Notes: a model not told the origin generated them from the letters alone. DNA of 64,000 bases from Gammaproteobacteria bacterium (GCA_965243205.1 CBDEUK010000002.1:1120001-1184000); one strand, 5' to 3'. Numbered from the stretch's first letter, positions 1 to 10,944 are shown. Numbers and translations are program-made.

Positions 1-558
1 AAACTGGTTCTGATGCCTAAGTAATTTACCGACGATAGCCCAGATAAATGCCCATACCACGATAAAAAACTGAACATAAAGTACCGTAGACAACATCCTT
101 TCCCAATCGATTTCAGAATAGCTCTCTAACCACTCCGCTAATATCGTTATTCCAGAAACCGCTAAGGTGATTAGTAAGATAGGAAATAATAATTGCCAAA
201 TACTTAAATGATAAAAATTTGAAAACGCTAATTTACGTGTCTCTTGAACTGCATGTTCATCTGCAAAAAAACGCAAAACAGTTCTACCAACCGTTACCCA
301 ATCACCCGATTGAATTTTCACTTGTGAATGTCGTAATACCTTACCGTTCACAAACACTGGGTTAGTATTATCTAAAACATCGATATACCAATCGTTGCGT
401 TTCTTACGTAAACGTAATTGATTAGGTGCTAAGAAAGGATCGGATAACACCAAATCATTTTTAAAGGAACGACCGATATTGAAAATAACATCATCGCATT
501 TTAAGGTATTAGCTAACTGCCCACTTTTTGGGCCGACTTGAATAATCATGGAATCCAT
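1..558 (-). CDS. FHA-domain membrane protein (runs off the window start, partial)
   Basis: Not in the ORF track. Manual translation from ATG 558 (alternative 549) gives MDSMIIQVGPKSGQLANTLKCDDVIFNIGRSFKNDLVLSDPFLAPNQLRLRKKRNDWYIDVLDNTNPVFVNG, with FHA-type IGR...SD...N..VNG motifs followed by hydrophobic segments. Overlaps the stop of the upstream protease gene. Confidence 0.75.
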   Translation of the reverse strand, partial: MDSMIIQVGPKSGQLANTLKCDDVIFNIGRSFKNDLVLSDPFLAPNQLRLRKKRNDWYIDVLDNTNPVFVNGKVLRHSQVKIQSGDWVTVGRTVLRFFADEHAVQETRKLAFSNFYHLSIWQLLFPILLITLAVSGITILAEWLESYSEIDWERMLSTVLYVQFFIVVWAFIWAIVGKLLRHQNQF

Positions 559-1796
559 CGAATCGACTCCATCATTTTTTTGAACAGCAATTGAATATTT
601 TCCTTGCTCACACCTGATACTGCTGTTTTGATAACACCTGCACGGTCGTTTTCATCAACGGATGCTAGCATTAACATCGCATCATATAATTGGTCATATT
701 TCGCGTAAGCTCGCACGCATGTTGAAGTTCGCCATGAATGATCACTGACTTCAACAAATTCCGTCGTACATTCATAATTACTCACATCATCTTCACTATA
801 AGCATTATTCAAATCGCGGTGATGGAATCTGTATTCCAAATAATGATAGAACTGAAAACGATTTAACTCATCTGTTGTAACCCATTCGAAATCATAACTG
901 AATGAGCCCGTGTAATGATTCGGATGAATGTAAATTTCATCTTGTGACTGACAATGTTTATGAACAGCCTTATACAAAATATCTTCTTCATCATCCGTGT
1001 GTCCCCAACACTTTAAAGAATCACTGATTTTATAAGGTACTTTTAATTTCCCTAATTCTGTTAACTTCCATTCTTTAGCAAACAACGCTTTATAAAACTT
1101 ATCCTGATCCTGTAAAATTTCATCCTGTACAACGACTTCAAAATCCTCTGGCTTGCCTTCACTCAAAGTTTTATCAAACAAGGCTTTTAATTCTTTAGCA
1201 GGTACTAAAAAGCTCAACTGCTCTGGCCCTTTTGAAACATTCACGCCAATTACCTTGCCATCTTTATCAAACGCTGGCCCACCGCTCATACCTGCATTTA
1301 ACGAACCTGAAAATAAAATCTTGTGATAACGAGAAGTTTCAAGCAGACCATTATAATTACCTTCAATAATCGTCATGCCTAAGTCATGAGGGTTACCCAT
1401 TGAATAAATACGATCACCATTGGAAAGTAATTGCGTATTTAACTCGAAATAATCTTTTGTTACTGGACTGATTTTTAAAATTGCCAAATCATGAACTACA
1501 TCAATACCTACCAACTCAGCAGGCCCAGTGATATTTTCAAATGATACAAATTCCAGTCGGTACTTATCAGGCTCATGAATAAAATCCGAGACTACATGGT
1601 AATTCGTGCCTAAATAACCATCTGCAGTTAACTGAAAACCAGAACCAATGGATGACTTATCACCCGACCCTTTATCAATCATGCGGATTTGATATACCTG
1701 ATCCTGTACTTGATTGAATAAGGAACTGGCAGTGCCTTCACAAAAAGATTTTGTATTGAACAATACAAGGACTAATAAGATTATTTTTTTATACAT
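546..1796 (-). CDS. Secreted trypsin-like serine protease (S1C-like, no PDZ) with uncharacterised Cys-containing C-terminal domain
   Basis: Signal peptide, GSGF, TNYHV (His), HDLAIL (Asp), GMSGGP (Ser). Confidence 0.85.
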   Translation of the reverse strand: MYKKIILLVLVLFNTKSFCEGTASSLFNQVQDQVYQIRMIDKGSGDKSSIGSGFQLTADGYLGTNYHVVSDFIHEPDKYRLEFVSFENITGPAELVGIDVVHDLAILKISPVTKDYFELNTQLLSNGDRIYSMGNPHDLGMTIIEGNYNGLLETSRYHKILFSGSLNAGMSGGPAFDKDGKVIGVNVSKGPEQLSFLVPAKELKALFDKTLSEGKPEDFEVVVQDEILQDQDKFYKALFAKEWKLTELGKLKVPYKISDSLKCWGHTDDEEDILYKAVHKHCQSQDEIYIHPNHYTGSFSYDFEWVTTDELNRFQFYHYLEYRFHHRDLNNAYSEDDVSNYECTTEFVEVSDHSWRTSTCVRAYAKYDQLYDAMLMLASVDENDRAGVIKTAVSGVSKENIQLLFKKMMESIRWIP

Positions 1797-1836
1797 AATA
1801 CAAACAGTCTAAATTATTTTTATAAAAAATACTTTT

Positions 1837-1888
1837 AATTTATCTGTTCATTTTCTTTACTTGTCCAAAGAAAATGAACAAATAAATT
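1837..1888. terminator. 22-bp inverted repeat downstream of dnaJ (probable terminator)
   Basis: aatttatctgttcattttcttt-N8-aaagaaaatgaacaaataaatt, one mismatch. Confidence 0.55.
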
Positions 1889-1935
1889 TTAAATAAAATA
1901 TATTAATAAGAATCCCTCTTAATTTAAAAACCGTT

Positions 1936-3072
1936 TTAGTCGGTCATACTATCAAAAAACCTTTTAACCCCATCCAACCACGAAGTAGCTTGTGGACTAT
2001 GCTTAGTCCCACCTTCACTCATGGTCTCTTCAAACTCTTGTAGTAACTCTTTTTGACGACGTGATAAACGTACAGGCGTTTCTACTATGGCACGGCACAT
2101 TAGATCACCTTTGGATGTGGAACGCACAGTCCCTACACCTTTACCACGTAAGCGAAATAACTTACCTGATTGTGTTTCGGCTGGGATTTTTAATTTAACA
2201 CGGCCATCTAAAGTCGGAACTTCGAGTTCACCGCCTAACGCTGCAGTCGTAAAGCTAATAGGTACATCGCAATACAAGTCATTACTATCACGAGTGAAAA
2301 TAGGATGGTCTTTAACAATGACATGTACGTATAAGTCACCCGCTGGCCCACCGTTTTCGCCAGCTTCACCTTCGCCTGATAAACGAATGCGATCACCTGT
2401 ATCGACACCCGCTGGTACTTTAACGGAAATGGTTTTGTTATCCTGGATGCGACCTTTACCATGACAGGTATTACAAGGGTCTTTAATGATTTTGCCTTGG
2501 CCGCGGCATTGAGGACAAGTTTGTTGAACAGAGAAGAAACCTTGTTGCATGCGCACTTGGCCTACGCCATTACAGGTAGGACAATCAACAGGAGTAGAAC
2601 CTTTCTTGGCACCTGAGCCATTACAAGTATGGCAACTAACCATTTTCGGCACGCGGATTTTAATGGTAGCACCATTGACAGCGTCTTCTAATGACATCTC
2701 TAGGTCATAACGTAAGTCAGCACCACGATACACACGTTCACCGCCTCGACCACCCATACCACCACCAAAAATGTCTCCAAACACAGTATCGAAGATATCA
2801 CCAAAACCCGCACCTCCCGCGCCAGGACCACCTGCACCCGCTGAATTACTAACAGCATCGTGACCAAACTGATCATAGGCTTGGCGTTTTTGTGCATCCG
2901 ATAAAACATCATAAGCCTCTTTAGCTTCTTTGAATTTTACTTCGGCTTCTTCATTACCTTGATTGCGATCAGGATGGTATTTCATCGCGAGACGTCGATA
3001 CGCTTTTTTTAGTTCATCATCATTGGCGCCTTTTTGCACACCTAAGACATCGTAATAATCACGTTTTGCCAT
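1936..3072 (-). CDS. dnaJ: Chaperone DnaJ
   Basis: J-domain with HPD, G/F region, four CxxCxGxG zinc motifs. Confidence 0.99.
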   Translation of the reverse strand: MAKRDYYDVLGVQKGANDDELKKAYRRLAMKYHPDRNQGNEEAEVKFKEAKEAYDVLSDAQKRQAYDQFGHDAVSNSAGAGGPGAGGAGFGDIFDTVFGDIFGGGMGGRGGERVYRGADLRYDLEMSLEDAVNGATIKIRVPKMVSCHTCNGSGAKKGSTPVDCPTCNGVGQVRMQQGFFSVQQTCPQCRGQGKIIKDPCNTCHGKGRIQDNKTISVKVPAGVDTGDRIRLSGEGEAGENGGPAGDLYVHVIVKDHPIFTRDSNDLYCDVPISFTTAALGGELEVPTLDGRVKLKIPAETQSGKLFRLRGKGVGTVRSTSKGDLMCRAIVETPVRLSRRQKELLQEFEETMSEGGTKHSPQATSWLDGVKRFFDSMTD

Positions 3073-3131
3073 GTTTTTATATCAACCTAATCTTTTTATT
3101 TTTTATAAACGGTACAAACTTTTTATACAAC

Positions 3132-3167
3132 GAACCCGGGAAGTGTAAAACGCTCCCCGGGTTATTC
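3132..3167 (-). terminator. Hairpin between dnaK and dnaJ (partial terminator or mRNA stabiliser)
   Basis: aacccggg...cccgggtt GC-rich stem. Confidence 0.55.
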
Positions 3168-3190
3168 ATTAACAACAAAAAAATAATAAA

Positions 3191-5131
3191 TTATTTTTTA
3201 TCGTCGTCGACTTCTTCAAACTCCGCATCAACAACATCATCCGCAGTCGAGGCAGTGCTTTCAGCGTTAAGGTCTTCAGGATTAATATCTGGAGCGCCAT
3301 CACCTTCTGCAGCTGCTTTTTGATAAGCACGTTCAGCTAGCTTACCTGCTGCTTCGGTTAAGACTTTAACCTTATCTTCAATCGCTTCTTTGTTATCGCC
3401 TTTTAAGGCTTCTTCAACATCAGCAATCGCCGCTTCGATATCTTTCTTTTCTTGCTCTTCCACTTCATCAGCAAGTTCTTCTAAAGACTTCTTGGTTGCA
3501 TGCACCATGTTTTCGGCTGAGTTACGAACATCGATCAACTCTTTCGCTTTGCGATCTTCTTCCGCGTGTGCTTCCGCATCTTTGATCATGTTGTCAACTT
3601 CTTCATCCGATAAACCACTTGACGCTTTAATCACAATCGACTGTTCTTTACCAGTGGCTTTGTCTTTCGCTGATACATTCAAAATACCATTGGCATCGAT
3701 ATCAAACGCGACTTCAATTTGCGGTACACCGCGTGGCGCAGGAGGAATATCACCTAAGTCAAAACGACCTAATGATTTATTACCCGCCGCCATTTCACGT
3801 TCACCTTGTAGTACATGAACGGTTACTGCAGTTTGATTATCTTCTGCCGTTGAGAAAGTTTGTTCAGCTTTGGTTGGAATCGTGGTGTTCTTATCAATTA
3901 GCTTGGTCATAACACCACCCATCGTTTCAATACCCAGTGAAAGCGGCGTGACGTCTAATAATAAGACGTCTTTTACATCGCCACCTAATACACCTGCTTG
4001 AATCGCTGCACCCATTGCGACGGCTTCGTCTGGGTTCACATCTTTACGTGGTTCTTGACCAAAGAATTCTTGCACCTTGGCTTGAACCATTGGCATACGT
4101 GTTTGACCACCGACTAAGATCACATCTGTAATATCAGTGGTGCCTAAACCTGCATCTTGTAAAGCGACACGACACGGGTCGATAGTACGTGAGACTAAAT
4201 CTTCGACTAACGATTCTAATTTCGCACGTGACAGTTTGATATTTAAATGTTTAGGGCCTGAAGCATCCGCAGTAATATATGGTAAGTTCACATCGGTCTG
4301 TGAGCTTGAAGATAATTCGATCTTCGCTTTCTCTGCAGCTTCTTTTAAACGTTGTAATGCAAGTGGATCGTTTTTAAGGTCAACACTTTGGTCTTTCTTA
4401 AATTCATCACACAAGTAGTCGATGATGCGTAAGTCAAAGTCTTCACCGCCTAAGAAAGTATCACCATTGGTAGATAATACTTCAAATTGGTGTTCGCCAT
4501 CGATCTCAGCAATTTCAATAATGGATACATCAAACGTACCACCACCTAAGTCATAGACTGCAATCTTGGCATCGCCACGTTGCTTGTCCATACCATAAGC
4601 CAATGCCGCAGCAGTAGGCTCGTTAATAATACGTTTTACATCAAGACCAGCAATCTTACCTGCATCTTTAGTTGCTTGACGTTGTGAATCATTAAAGTAA
4701 GCAGGTACGGTAATGACAGCTTCTGTTACTTCTTCGCCTAAGTAGTCTTCGGCGGTTTGTTTCATTTTCATAAGTACACGTGCAGAGACTTCAGGTGCAG
4801 CCATTTTTTTGCCGTTAACTTCTACCCATGCATCGCCGTTATCCGCTTTAACGATTTTATAAGGGACTAACTCAATGTCTTTTTGTACCGCGTCTTCTTC
4901 AAAGCGACGACCGATTAAACGCTTAACAGCATACAATGTGTTATCTGGGTTAGTAACCGACTGTCGTTTTGCCGATTGACCAACTAAGACTTCATCGCCA
5001 TCTGAAAAAGCCACAATCGAAGGAGTTGTTCTTGCGCCTTCGCTATTCTCAATGACTTTTGCTTTGCCACCTTCTAGCACAGCTACGCAAGAGTTAGTGG
5101 TACCTAAGTCGATTCCAATAATTTTGCCCAT
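3191..5131 (-). CDS. dnaK: Chaperone DnaK (Hsp70)
   Basis: [23 protein letters not shown]-terminal DAEFEEV; ATG at 5131 with GGAG RBS. Confidence 0.99.
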   Translation of the reverse strand: MGKIIGIDLGTTNSCVAVLEGGKAKVIENSEGARTTPSIVAFSDGDEVLVGQSAKRQSVTNPDNTLYAVKRLIGRRFEEDAVQKDIELVPYKIVKADNGDAWVEVNGKKMAAPEVSARVLMKMKQTAEDYLGEEVTEAVITVPAYFNDSQRQATKDAGKIAGLDVKRIINEPTAAALAYGMDKQRGDAKIAVYDLGGGTFDVSIIEIAEIDGEHQFEVLSTNGDTFLGGEDFDLRIIDYLCDEFKKDQSVDLKNDPLALQRLKEAAEKAKIELSSSSQTDVNLPYITADASGPKHLNIKLSRAKLESLVEDLVSRTIDPCRVALQDAGLGTTDITDVILVGGQTRMPMVQAKVQEFFGQEPRKDVNPDEAVAMGAAIQAGVLGGDVKDVLLLDVTPLSLGIETMGGVMTKLIDKNTTIPTKAEQTFSTAEDNQTAVTVHVLQGEREMAAGNKSLGRFDLGDIPPAPRGVPQIEVAFDIDANGILNVSAKDKATGKEQSIVIKASSGLSDEEVDNMIKDAEAHAEEDRKAKELIDVRNSAENMVHATKKSLEELADEVEEQEKKDIEAAIADVEEALKGDNKEAIEDKVKVLTEAAGKLAERAYQKAAAEGDGAPDINPEDLNAESTASTADDVVDAEFEEVDDDKK

Positions 5132-5193
5132 GATGTTGTTCTCCAAAATACCTATCTATTTAATATGTTTAATTTAAAAAAATCTTAATGTTC

Positions 5194-5221
5194 AAATGGG
5201 GTTGCAGGCCATTTTTTCAAG
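5194..5221 (-). promoter_or_regulatory. sigma32 (RpoH) promoter of dnaK
   Basis: Minus strand CTTGAAA-N13-CCCCATTT, matches the sigma32 consensus. Confidence 0.9.
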
Positions 5222-5230
5222 TAACTATAC

Positions 5231-5854
5231 TTATTTCGCAACCGCAACCATTGCTGGCCGGATCAAACGACCATTGAGTTCATAACCTTTTTGCATAACG
5301 GCTGTAACAGTGCCAGATTCCGCGCCTTCGAGTTCTTGCATAGAAACCGCCTCATGGAATTCTGGGTTAAATTTTTCACCTTGAGGATTCACTTCGTGAA
5401 TACCAAATTTTTCCATCACTGAACTAAATTGTTTTAAGGTCAAATCCATGCCTTCACGCAGGCTTTCAATATCTTCAGCACTGCTGGCAGCATTCATACC
5501 AAGCTCCATACTGTCGAGTACGGGTAGTAAATCGTTGAGAAATTTTTCTAGGGCATACTTGTGGGCGTTTTCTACGTCGCGAGTTGCACGCTTACGCACA
5601 TTATCGAGTTCGGCCTGAGCTCGCATCGCCTTATCAAGATTATCTTTAACCTGCTGTTCTAAAACGGTGATTTGATTTTGTAAGCCATCGATATCATTAA
5701 TAGGTACTTCCGTACTATTTTGGCTTTCTTTAGTGGCCTCATCGCTAGACATTTTTTCTACTTCATCAAATGCTTGCGCCTGGTCGGTGTTTTTTTTGTT
5801 ATTTTTTTCATCATCCAGTTGTTCTGGCTGAACAATCTCGTCTTTATCAGACAT
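5231..5854 (-). CDS. grpE: Nucleotide exchange factor GrpE
   Basis: RAQAELDNVRKR, FNPEFHEA, QKGYELNGRLIRPAMV. Confidence 0.98.
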   Translation of the reverse strand: MSDKDEIVQPEQLDDEKNNKKNTDQAQAFDEVEKMSSDEATKESQNSTEVPINDIDGLQNQITVLEQQVKDNLDKAMRAQAELDNVRKRATRDVENAHKYALEKFLNDLLPVLDSMELGMNAASSAEDIESLREGMDLTLKQFSSVMEKFGIHEVNPQGEKFNPEFHEAVSMQELEGAESGTVTAVMQKGYELNGRLIRPAMVAVAK

Positions 5855-5902
5855 ATTTACCCTCTAACTTATTGAAATGTAGATAAAAAATATTTTGAGG
5901 GT

Positions 5903-5930
5903 ATATGGGGATTAATTATTAGATTTCAAG
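5903..5930 (-). promoter_or_regulatory. sigma32 (RpoH) promoter of grpE, overlapping the hrcA stop
   Basis: Minus strand CTTGAAA-N13-CCCCATAT. Confidence 0.9.
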
Positions 5931-6973
5931 ACCTGACCTAACATTTTTGCTGTGACATCAACAATGGGAATCACTCGATCATAATTCATACGGGTAGGAC
6001 CAATCACACCGAGTACACCGAGGATTTCGCCATCACTGGATTCGTAAGGAGACGTGATCACACTGCAATCATCGAATACATCATAACCAGACTCTTCGCC
6101 GATAAAAATTTTCACACCGCGAGCATGAATGGATTGTTCTAATAAATGCAGAATATCGCGCTTTTGATTGAAGCTTTCAAACAGACGTCGAAGCTTTTCG
6201 ACATCACTTAATTCACCAACCCCCATAAGATTGGTCTGACCACTCAAGACATAATCATCATTGGCTGCACTATGGCTACTTAAAAAAGCTTGTTGAGCGA
6301 CTTCAATCGCCATTTGCATCAAATCATTCACATCTCTTTTCATCGTTTCCAAATCTTTAATGATCTGACTACGAATGGTTTCTAATGATTTGCCAATGAA
6401 TTTTTCATTTAGATAATTGGCAGCTTGTTGTAATTCTGAAGCAGAATATTTTCTTGCAGTATTAATTACGCGATTTTGCACATCATTATCATTGGCCACC
6501 ATAATCACTAAAATACGATGATCGGATAAAGCCACGAACTCAATATGTTCAATAGCATTGTGCTCTGCCCTTGGTAACATCACTACACTGGCTAAACTAG
6601 TGATTTCAGACAATGCTTCGGAGGCCTTAGACATCAAAGTTTGCTTGTCTTGGGTAATATCTAACTGTTCCGAAATCCGCAATATTTCAGCTTCGGAAAG
6701 TTGTTTTGTCTTTAATAATGTATCTACAAACAGTCGGTAGCCTTTGACAGTAGGTACTCGACCAGCTGAGGTATGGGGAGAAGCGATTAAACCGATATCT
6801 TCTAGATCCGACATGACATTGCGAATGGTCGCCGAACTTAAATCCAGATCGCTATCTCGAGCAAGGGTTCTGGAACCCACTGGTTGCCCATCTTCGATGA
6901 AATGCTCAACTAACGCTTTGAACAAATGTAAGCTGCGTTCATTAAGCAGATTTTGATTATTCTTTTTAACCAT
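5912..6973 (-). CDS. hrcA: Heat-inducible transcription repressor HrcA
   Basis: PVGSRTL, SSATIRNVMSDLE, PHTSAGRVPT, GVIGPTRMNY. Confidence 0.98.
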   Translation of the reverse strand: MVKKNNQNLLNERSLHLFKALVEHFIEDGQPVGSRTLARDSDLDLSSATIRNVMSDLEDIGLIASPHTSAGRVPTVKGYRLFVDTLLKTKQLSEAEILRISEQLDITQDKQTLMSKASEALSEITSLASVVMLPRAEHNAIEHIEFVALSDHRILVIMVANDNDVQNRVINTARKYSASELQQAANYLNEKFIGKSLETIRSQIIKDLETMKRDVNDLMQMAIEVAQQAFLSSHSAANDDYVLSGQTNLMGVGELSDVEKLRRLFESFNQKRDILHLLEQSIHARGVKIFIGEESGYDVFDDCSVITSPYESSDGEILGVLGVIGPTRMNYDRVIPIVDVTAKMLGQVLKSNN

Positions 6974-7004
6974 AGATGTCTAATCGACCAATCGTGAATT
7001 CAAT

Positions 7005-7031
7005 TTAGCACTCTATGCTATTGAGTGCAAA
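7005..7031. promoter_or_regulatory. CIRCE operator (HrcA site) upstream of hrcA
   Basis: TTAGCACTC-N9-GAGTGCAAA versus consensus TTAGCACTC-N9-GAGTGCTAA. Confidence 0.93.
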
Positions 7032-7099
7032 AACCGATTTGGTGATTGTGAACGGTCATGATAACGTTGCTATCATTATAATGAATCTTCTAGTTAGCC

Positions 7100-7966
7100 A
7101 TGTTTCATAGAATTGGATTAATTGCTTCTAAACGCTTAGGCAATGGCGTCCGTGACACCTTAATTCAGACCACAGAATTACTCCGAAAACGCTCTGTAGA
7201 AATTGTATTTTGCAAAGACTGTGCGGAAATCTTGGGCGAACCTGATGTAGAAGTTCAGGAAATACCGGACTTTGGTAAGAACTTAGACTTAGTCATTGCC
7301 ATTGGCGGTGATGGCACTATTCTGAACGCCGCACGCATTATTCAAAATAATCCTGTGCCATTACTTGGTATCAATCGTGGCACCTTAGGTTTTTTAGCCG
7401 ATGTACCTGCCGATCGAGTTGAAGAGGAATTAAGCAAAATTCTCGATGGCGAATTTGTTGAAGACAAACGTTTTATGTTGCATGGTGAAGTTTATCGCGG
7501 GAATGACTTACTGGTTAGTAGCAATGCCTTTAATGATATTGTGGTGCAAAAGTGGAACATTGCGCGCTTAGTACAGTTCGATACCTTCATTGACGGTGAA
7601 TTCTTATTGACTCAACGATCTGATGGCATGATCGTTTCAAGCCCGACCGGTTCAACCGCTTATGCCTTATCTGGTGGCGGGCCAATTTTGAATCCTTCCA
7701 TCGATGCGATGTTATTGGTACCTATTTGCCCTCACACATTGAGTGTACGCCCTGTGGTCATTCATTGTGATAGTAAGATTGAGATCATTCTAGGTAAGCG
7801 TAAAATTGATCAGGCAGGTTTAACTTTTGATGGCGATATTCTAGCTGAACTAGAACCAGAAGATCGAATTATCATTCAAAAATCGAAACAAGCGGTGAAA
7901 TTAATTCATCCGATTAATCATAATCATTTTAGTATCCTTCGAGCCAAATTAGGTTGGGGTTTATAA
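7100..7966 (+). CDS. nadK: NAD kinase
   Basis: GGDGT, GINRGTLGFL, ND, SPTGSTAYALSGGGP. Confidence 0.97.
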   Translation: MFHRIGLIASKRLGNGVRDTLIQTTELLRKRSVEIVFCKDCAEILGEPDVEVQEIPDFGKNLDLVIAIGGDGTILNAARIIQNNPVPLLGINRGTLGFLADVPADRVEEELSKILDGEFVEDKRFMLHGEVYRGNDLLVSSNAFNDIVVQKWNIARLVQFDTFIDGEFLLTQRSDGMIVSSPTGSTAYALSGGGPILNPSIDAMLLVPICPHTLSVRPVVIHCDSKIEIILGKRKIDQAGLTFDGDILAELEPEDRIIIQKSKQAVKLIHPINHNHFSILRAKLGWGL

Positions 7967-9646
7967 ATGCTAGCTGAATTACATATTCGCGACTTTGCTG
8001 TAATTGAAAGTTTGGATATTGAATTTACTAATGGTATGACCGTGTTCACAGGTGAAACGGGTGCTGGAAAATCCATTATTGTTGATGCAATGGGCTTAAT
8101 ATTGGGTGAACGCTCTGATTCTAGTGTGATTCGTGCCGAGCAAGATAAAACGGAAATCTCCGCTCGCTTCACAGTAAATGAAGGTTCTGAATTAATTAAA
8201 ATTCTTCAAGCTCAAGAGATTGAGATCGATGATGAGGTCTTTGTTCGCCGTGTTATCAATCAAGACGGTCGTTCAAAAGCCTTTGTTAATGGAACACCTA
8301 CTCCGATTCAATTCTTAAAAACCATTGCAGCGCACCTTGTTGATATTCATGGCCAACATGCACACCAATCTTTATTACGCAAAGATTCACAACGTGATTT
8401 GCTTGATACATTTTCTAAACATCCAGGGCTAATTAAAAAAGTAAATGATCACTATCAATTATGGGTTGAGATACAAAGACAATTAAATCAACTTACAAAC
8501 AACGATGATAGCCGTGAAGCACAACTGAATTTACTAAAATATCAAGTTGAGGAATTACAGGCCTTAGCACTTAAAGAAAATGAATACCAAGAATTATACC
8601 TTGAGTTTAAGCGTTTAAATAATGCTACTTCATTATTACAAACCGTACAAAATGCGATCGATGCAGTCAGTGAATCAGATGAATCGATCTTATCGATGAT
8701 TCATCATCATAAACAAGCATTAGAAAACTTAACCGACAACGACTCATCGTTAAAAAATATTATCGAATATTTAGACATCGCTATTATTCAGTTAGAAGAA
8801 GCATGCCAGGAATCTCGTACTTATATTGATCAAGTTGAGATTAATCCTGAAAAAATGTCCAGCATTGAAAATCGAATCACAGATATACACGAAACTGCTC
8901 GTAAGCATCATATTCAGCCACAAGAATTAGAAGAACATTTTGAAAAATTAAAATCTCAGCTAGAAACACTTGAAGGTGGAGAAGCAAGATATCAAGAATT
9001 AATGTCGTTATCAGAAAAGGCTAAAACAGCTTATCATAAAGCGGCTGACGAACTGCATATCGCAAGAGAATTACAAGCTAAAAAATTAGACCAAGCTATT
9101 GTCTTGAAACTACAACAACTGGGTATGGCAGGTGGTCGATTTGAAACTCAAATTAGCTATGATAGTGAAGCCGATCCACAAAAACATGGCTTGGATAAAA
9201 TTGAATTTTTAGTCAGTGCTAATCCTGGGCAACCTTTAAAACCAATCGGACGAGTCGCATCAGGTGGAGAATTATCTCGCATATCGTTAGCCATACAAGT
9301 TGTAAATCGAGAAGATAATAGAATACCTACTTATGTTTTTGATGAGGTCGATGCAGGGATTGGTGGAAACACCGCCGATATCGTAGGACAGTTATTACAC
9401 AGTTTAACTGAGTCTAATCAAATTTTTTGCGTCACCCATCTTCCGCAAGTAGCTTGTTATGGTGACCAACATTTTTATGTTAAGAAAATCACTGCCAATG
9501 ATTCTACGCATACTGAGTTAATAGAACTCGAAGAAAAAGCGAGAGTTTCTGAAATAGCCCGGATGTTAGGTGGTGAATTAACTGATAAAAGTTTAGCTCA
9601 CGCTACGGAAATGTTAGCTAGCAAAAAACGCGTAACAGCTGCATAA
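7967..9646 (+). CDS. recN: DNA repair protein RecN
   Basis: TGETGAGKS Walker A, IHGQH, ASGGELSR, FDEVDAG, CVTHLPQVA. Confidence 0.98.
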   Translation: MLAELHIRDFAVIESLDIEFTNGMTVFTGETGAGKSIIVDAMGLILGERSDSSVIRAEQDKTEISARFTVNEGSELIKILQAQEIEIDDEVFVRRVINQDGRSKAFVNGTPTPIQFLKTIAAHLVDIHGQHAHQSLLRKDSQRDLLDTFSKHPGLIKKVNDHYQLWVEIQRQLNQLTNNDDSREAQLNLLKYQVEELQALALKENEYQELYLEFKRLNNATSLLQTVQNAIDAVSESDESILSMIHHHKQALENLTDNDSSLKNIIEYLDIAIIQLEEACQESRTYIDQVEINPEKMSSIENRITDIHETARKHHIQPQELEEHFEKLKSQLETLEGGEARYQELMSLSEKAKTAYHKAADELHIARELQAKKLDQAIVLKLQQLGMAGGRFETQISYDSEADPQKHGLDKIEFLVSANPGQPLKPIGRVASGGELSRISLAIQVVNREDNRIPTYVFDEVDAGIGGNTADIVGQLLHSLTESNQIFCVTHLPQVACYGDQHFYVKKITANDSTHTELIELEEKARVSEIARMLGGELTDKSLAHATEMLASKKRVTAA

Positions 9647-9650
9647 AAAC

Positions 9651-10307
9651 TTATTTCAAACGCCGACTTAATATCATTATCAAGACAGGCATTAGCACTA
9701 AAGACATAATTGTTGCCGGTAGTAAATGAAATAATAAATTATGATGTGCTTCATACATACAAGCATACTGCATGATAAAAGCAGGAATAAACATTGACGA
9801 AACAGCGATGAAAACCGCTGAAATAATAGGCTTTGTAGTGTATCTACGATAAACGAAAAAAGTCATAAATCCAGCTAAAGGAATACCATACAACATAATT
9901 TCAAGAAAACATAAGTCGCGTTTACCTACCATTGAACCTGGCAATACGGGTTCTGATAAACCTGAAACAATTATTCCAATCCAAACAAAAAATGAAGTTA
10001 TAGCTACCCATCGAAAATTGTAAGAAAGCCCTGGTATACTAGAATAAAACGCACAACAAGCTAATAATATGATAGCTATAAAACCAAATATTGTTTCGCT
10101 CATGAATAATGGCGACTCAAATATTTGCTGTATAAAATTTTCTCTAAAAGGTTCAATCCAATACATAATAATAGCTGTTAATAAAAAACAAACGATAAAC
10201 CATATAGCCATCAAACTTGGTATTGATAAAATCCTAGGTTGATGATTATCAATATCGGAAGTTAGTTCTTGTATTAACTGCTGATGTTTAATATCTGATT
10301 TATTCAT
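9651..10307 (-). CDS. NrsF-family (DUF1109) membrane anti-sigma factor
   Basis: About six TM helices, two Cys (DLCFLE, YACMYE) and a His-rich HHNLLFH segment; 4-bp overlap with the ECF sigma gene. Confidence 0.75.
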   Translation of the reverse strand: MNKSDIKHQQLIQELTSDIDNHQPRILSIPSLMAIWFIVCFLLTAIIMYWIEPFRENFIQQIFESPLFMSETIFGFIAIILLACCAFYSSIPGLSYNFRWVAITSFFVWIGIIVSGLSEPVLPGSMVGKRDLCFLEIMLYGIPLAGFMTFFVYRRYTTKPIISAVFIAVSSMFIPAFIMQYACMYEAHHNLLFHLLPATIMSLVLMPVLIMILSRRLK

Positions 10308-10855
10308 ATACTGTTTGCTTGAAGTAAGTTTTTCGTTTTAGAAATAGCTCGTTTAACTCTTTGCTTTACTGCCGATTGAGAGATATTTAAACGCTCAGCA
10401 GTTTCCTCTACACTAAAACCCATAAATTTAGTACATAATAAAACTTCACTATATGTTCTTGGAATTTTATTTAACAATTGCATACCCGCTAAATGATCAT
10501 CGATAGAATAATTGTTTGTATTTTGTTGTAGTTCATTCTGCACAAATAAGTCTTCTATATCATAGGTTTCATATTCAGTATTATATTTTCTTAAGACATC
10601 AATCGTTTTATATTTTACTAAAGCATTCATCCAAGGTTTAAAAGGTCTTTCATGATTATAAGTATGACGAGCTTTATGAATAGCTATTAAAGATTCCTGA
10701 ACACAGTCGTCAATAAATGCAGCTTGACCAAACTGACGGCAAAGATATGCATTAATGACCTTTGACAACTCACAAAGCAGTTGATGATAAGCTTCCTCAT
10801 CACCTTTTTGAGTACGATGCATTAAATTAGACCAACGTTGTTCGTCGTCCACCAT
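10304..10855 (-). CDS. ECF sigma factor (SigF/ECF16-like)
   Basis: DCVQESLIAIHKARHTY...PFKPW...KTIDVLR region 2; HTH region 4 (SVEETAERLNISQSAVKQRVKR). Confidence 0.88.
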   Translation of the reverse strand: MVDDEQRWSNLMHRTQKGDEEAYHQLLCELSKVINAYLCRQFGQAAFIDDCVQESLIAIHKARHTYNHERPFKPWMNALVKYKTIDVLRKYNTEYETYDIEDLFVQNELQQNTNNYSIDDHLAGMQLLNKIPRTYSEVLLCTKFMGFSVEETAERLNISQSAVKQRVKRAISKTKNLLQANSI

Positions 10856-10890
10856 GACCCTAAGATTTTTTTATAATATGAAATAAATAG

Positions 10891-10920
10891 TTTCTCGATC
10901 TAAAAAACTAGATCGAGAAA
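10891..10920 (-). terminator. Hairpin downstream of the spondin gene
   Basis: tttctcgatcta-N6-tagatcgagaaa, perfect 12-bp stem. Confidence 0.6.
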
Positions 10921-10944
10921 TCATTATTTAAAATAATTTATTTT

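Noticed and set aside
2087-6956. Short alternative-frame or antisense ORFs inside dnaJ, dnaK and hrcA
   Set aside because: Shadows of highly conserved genes with no recognisable motifs
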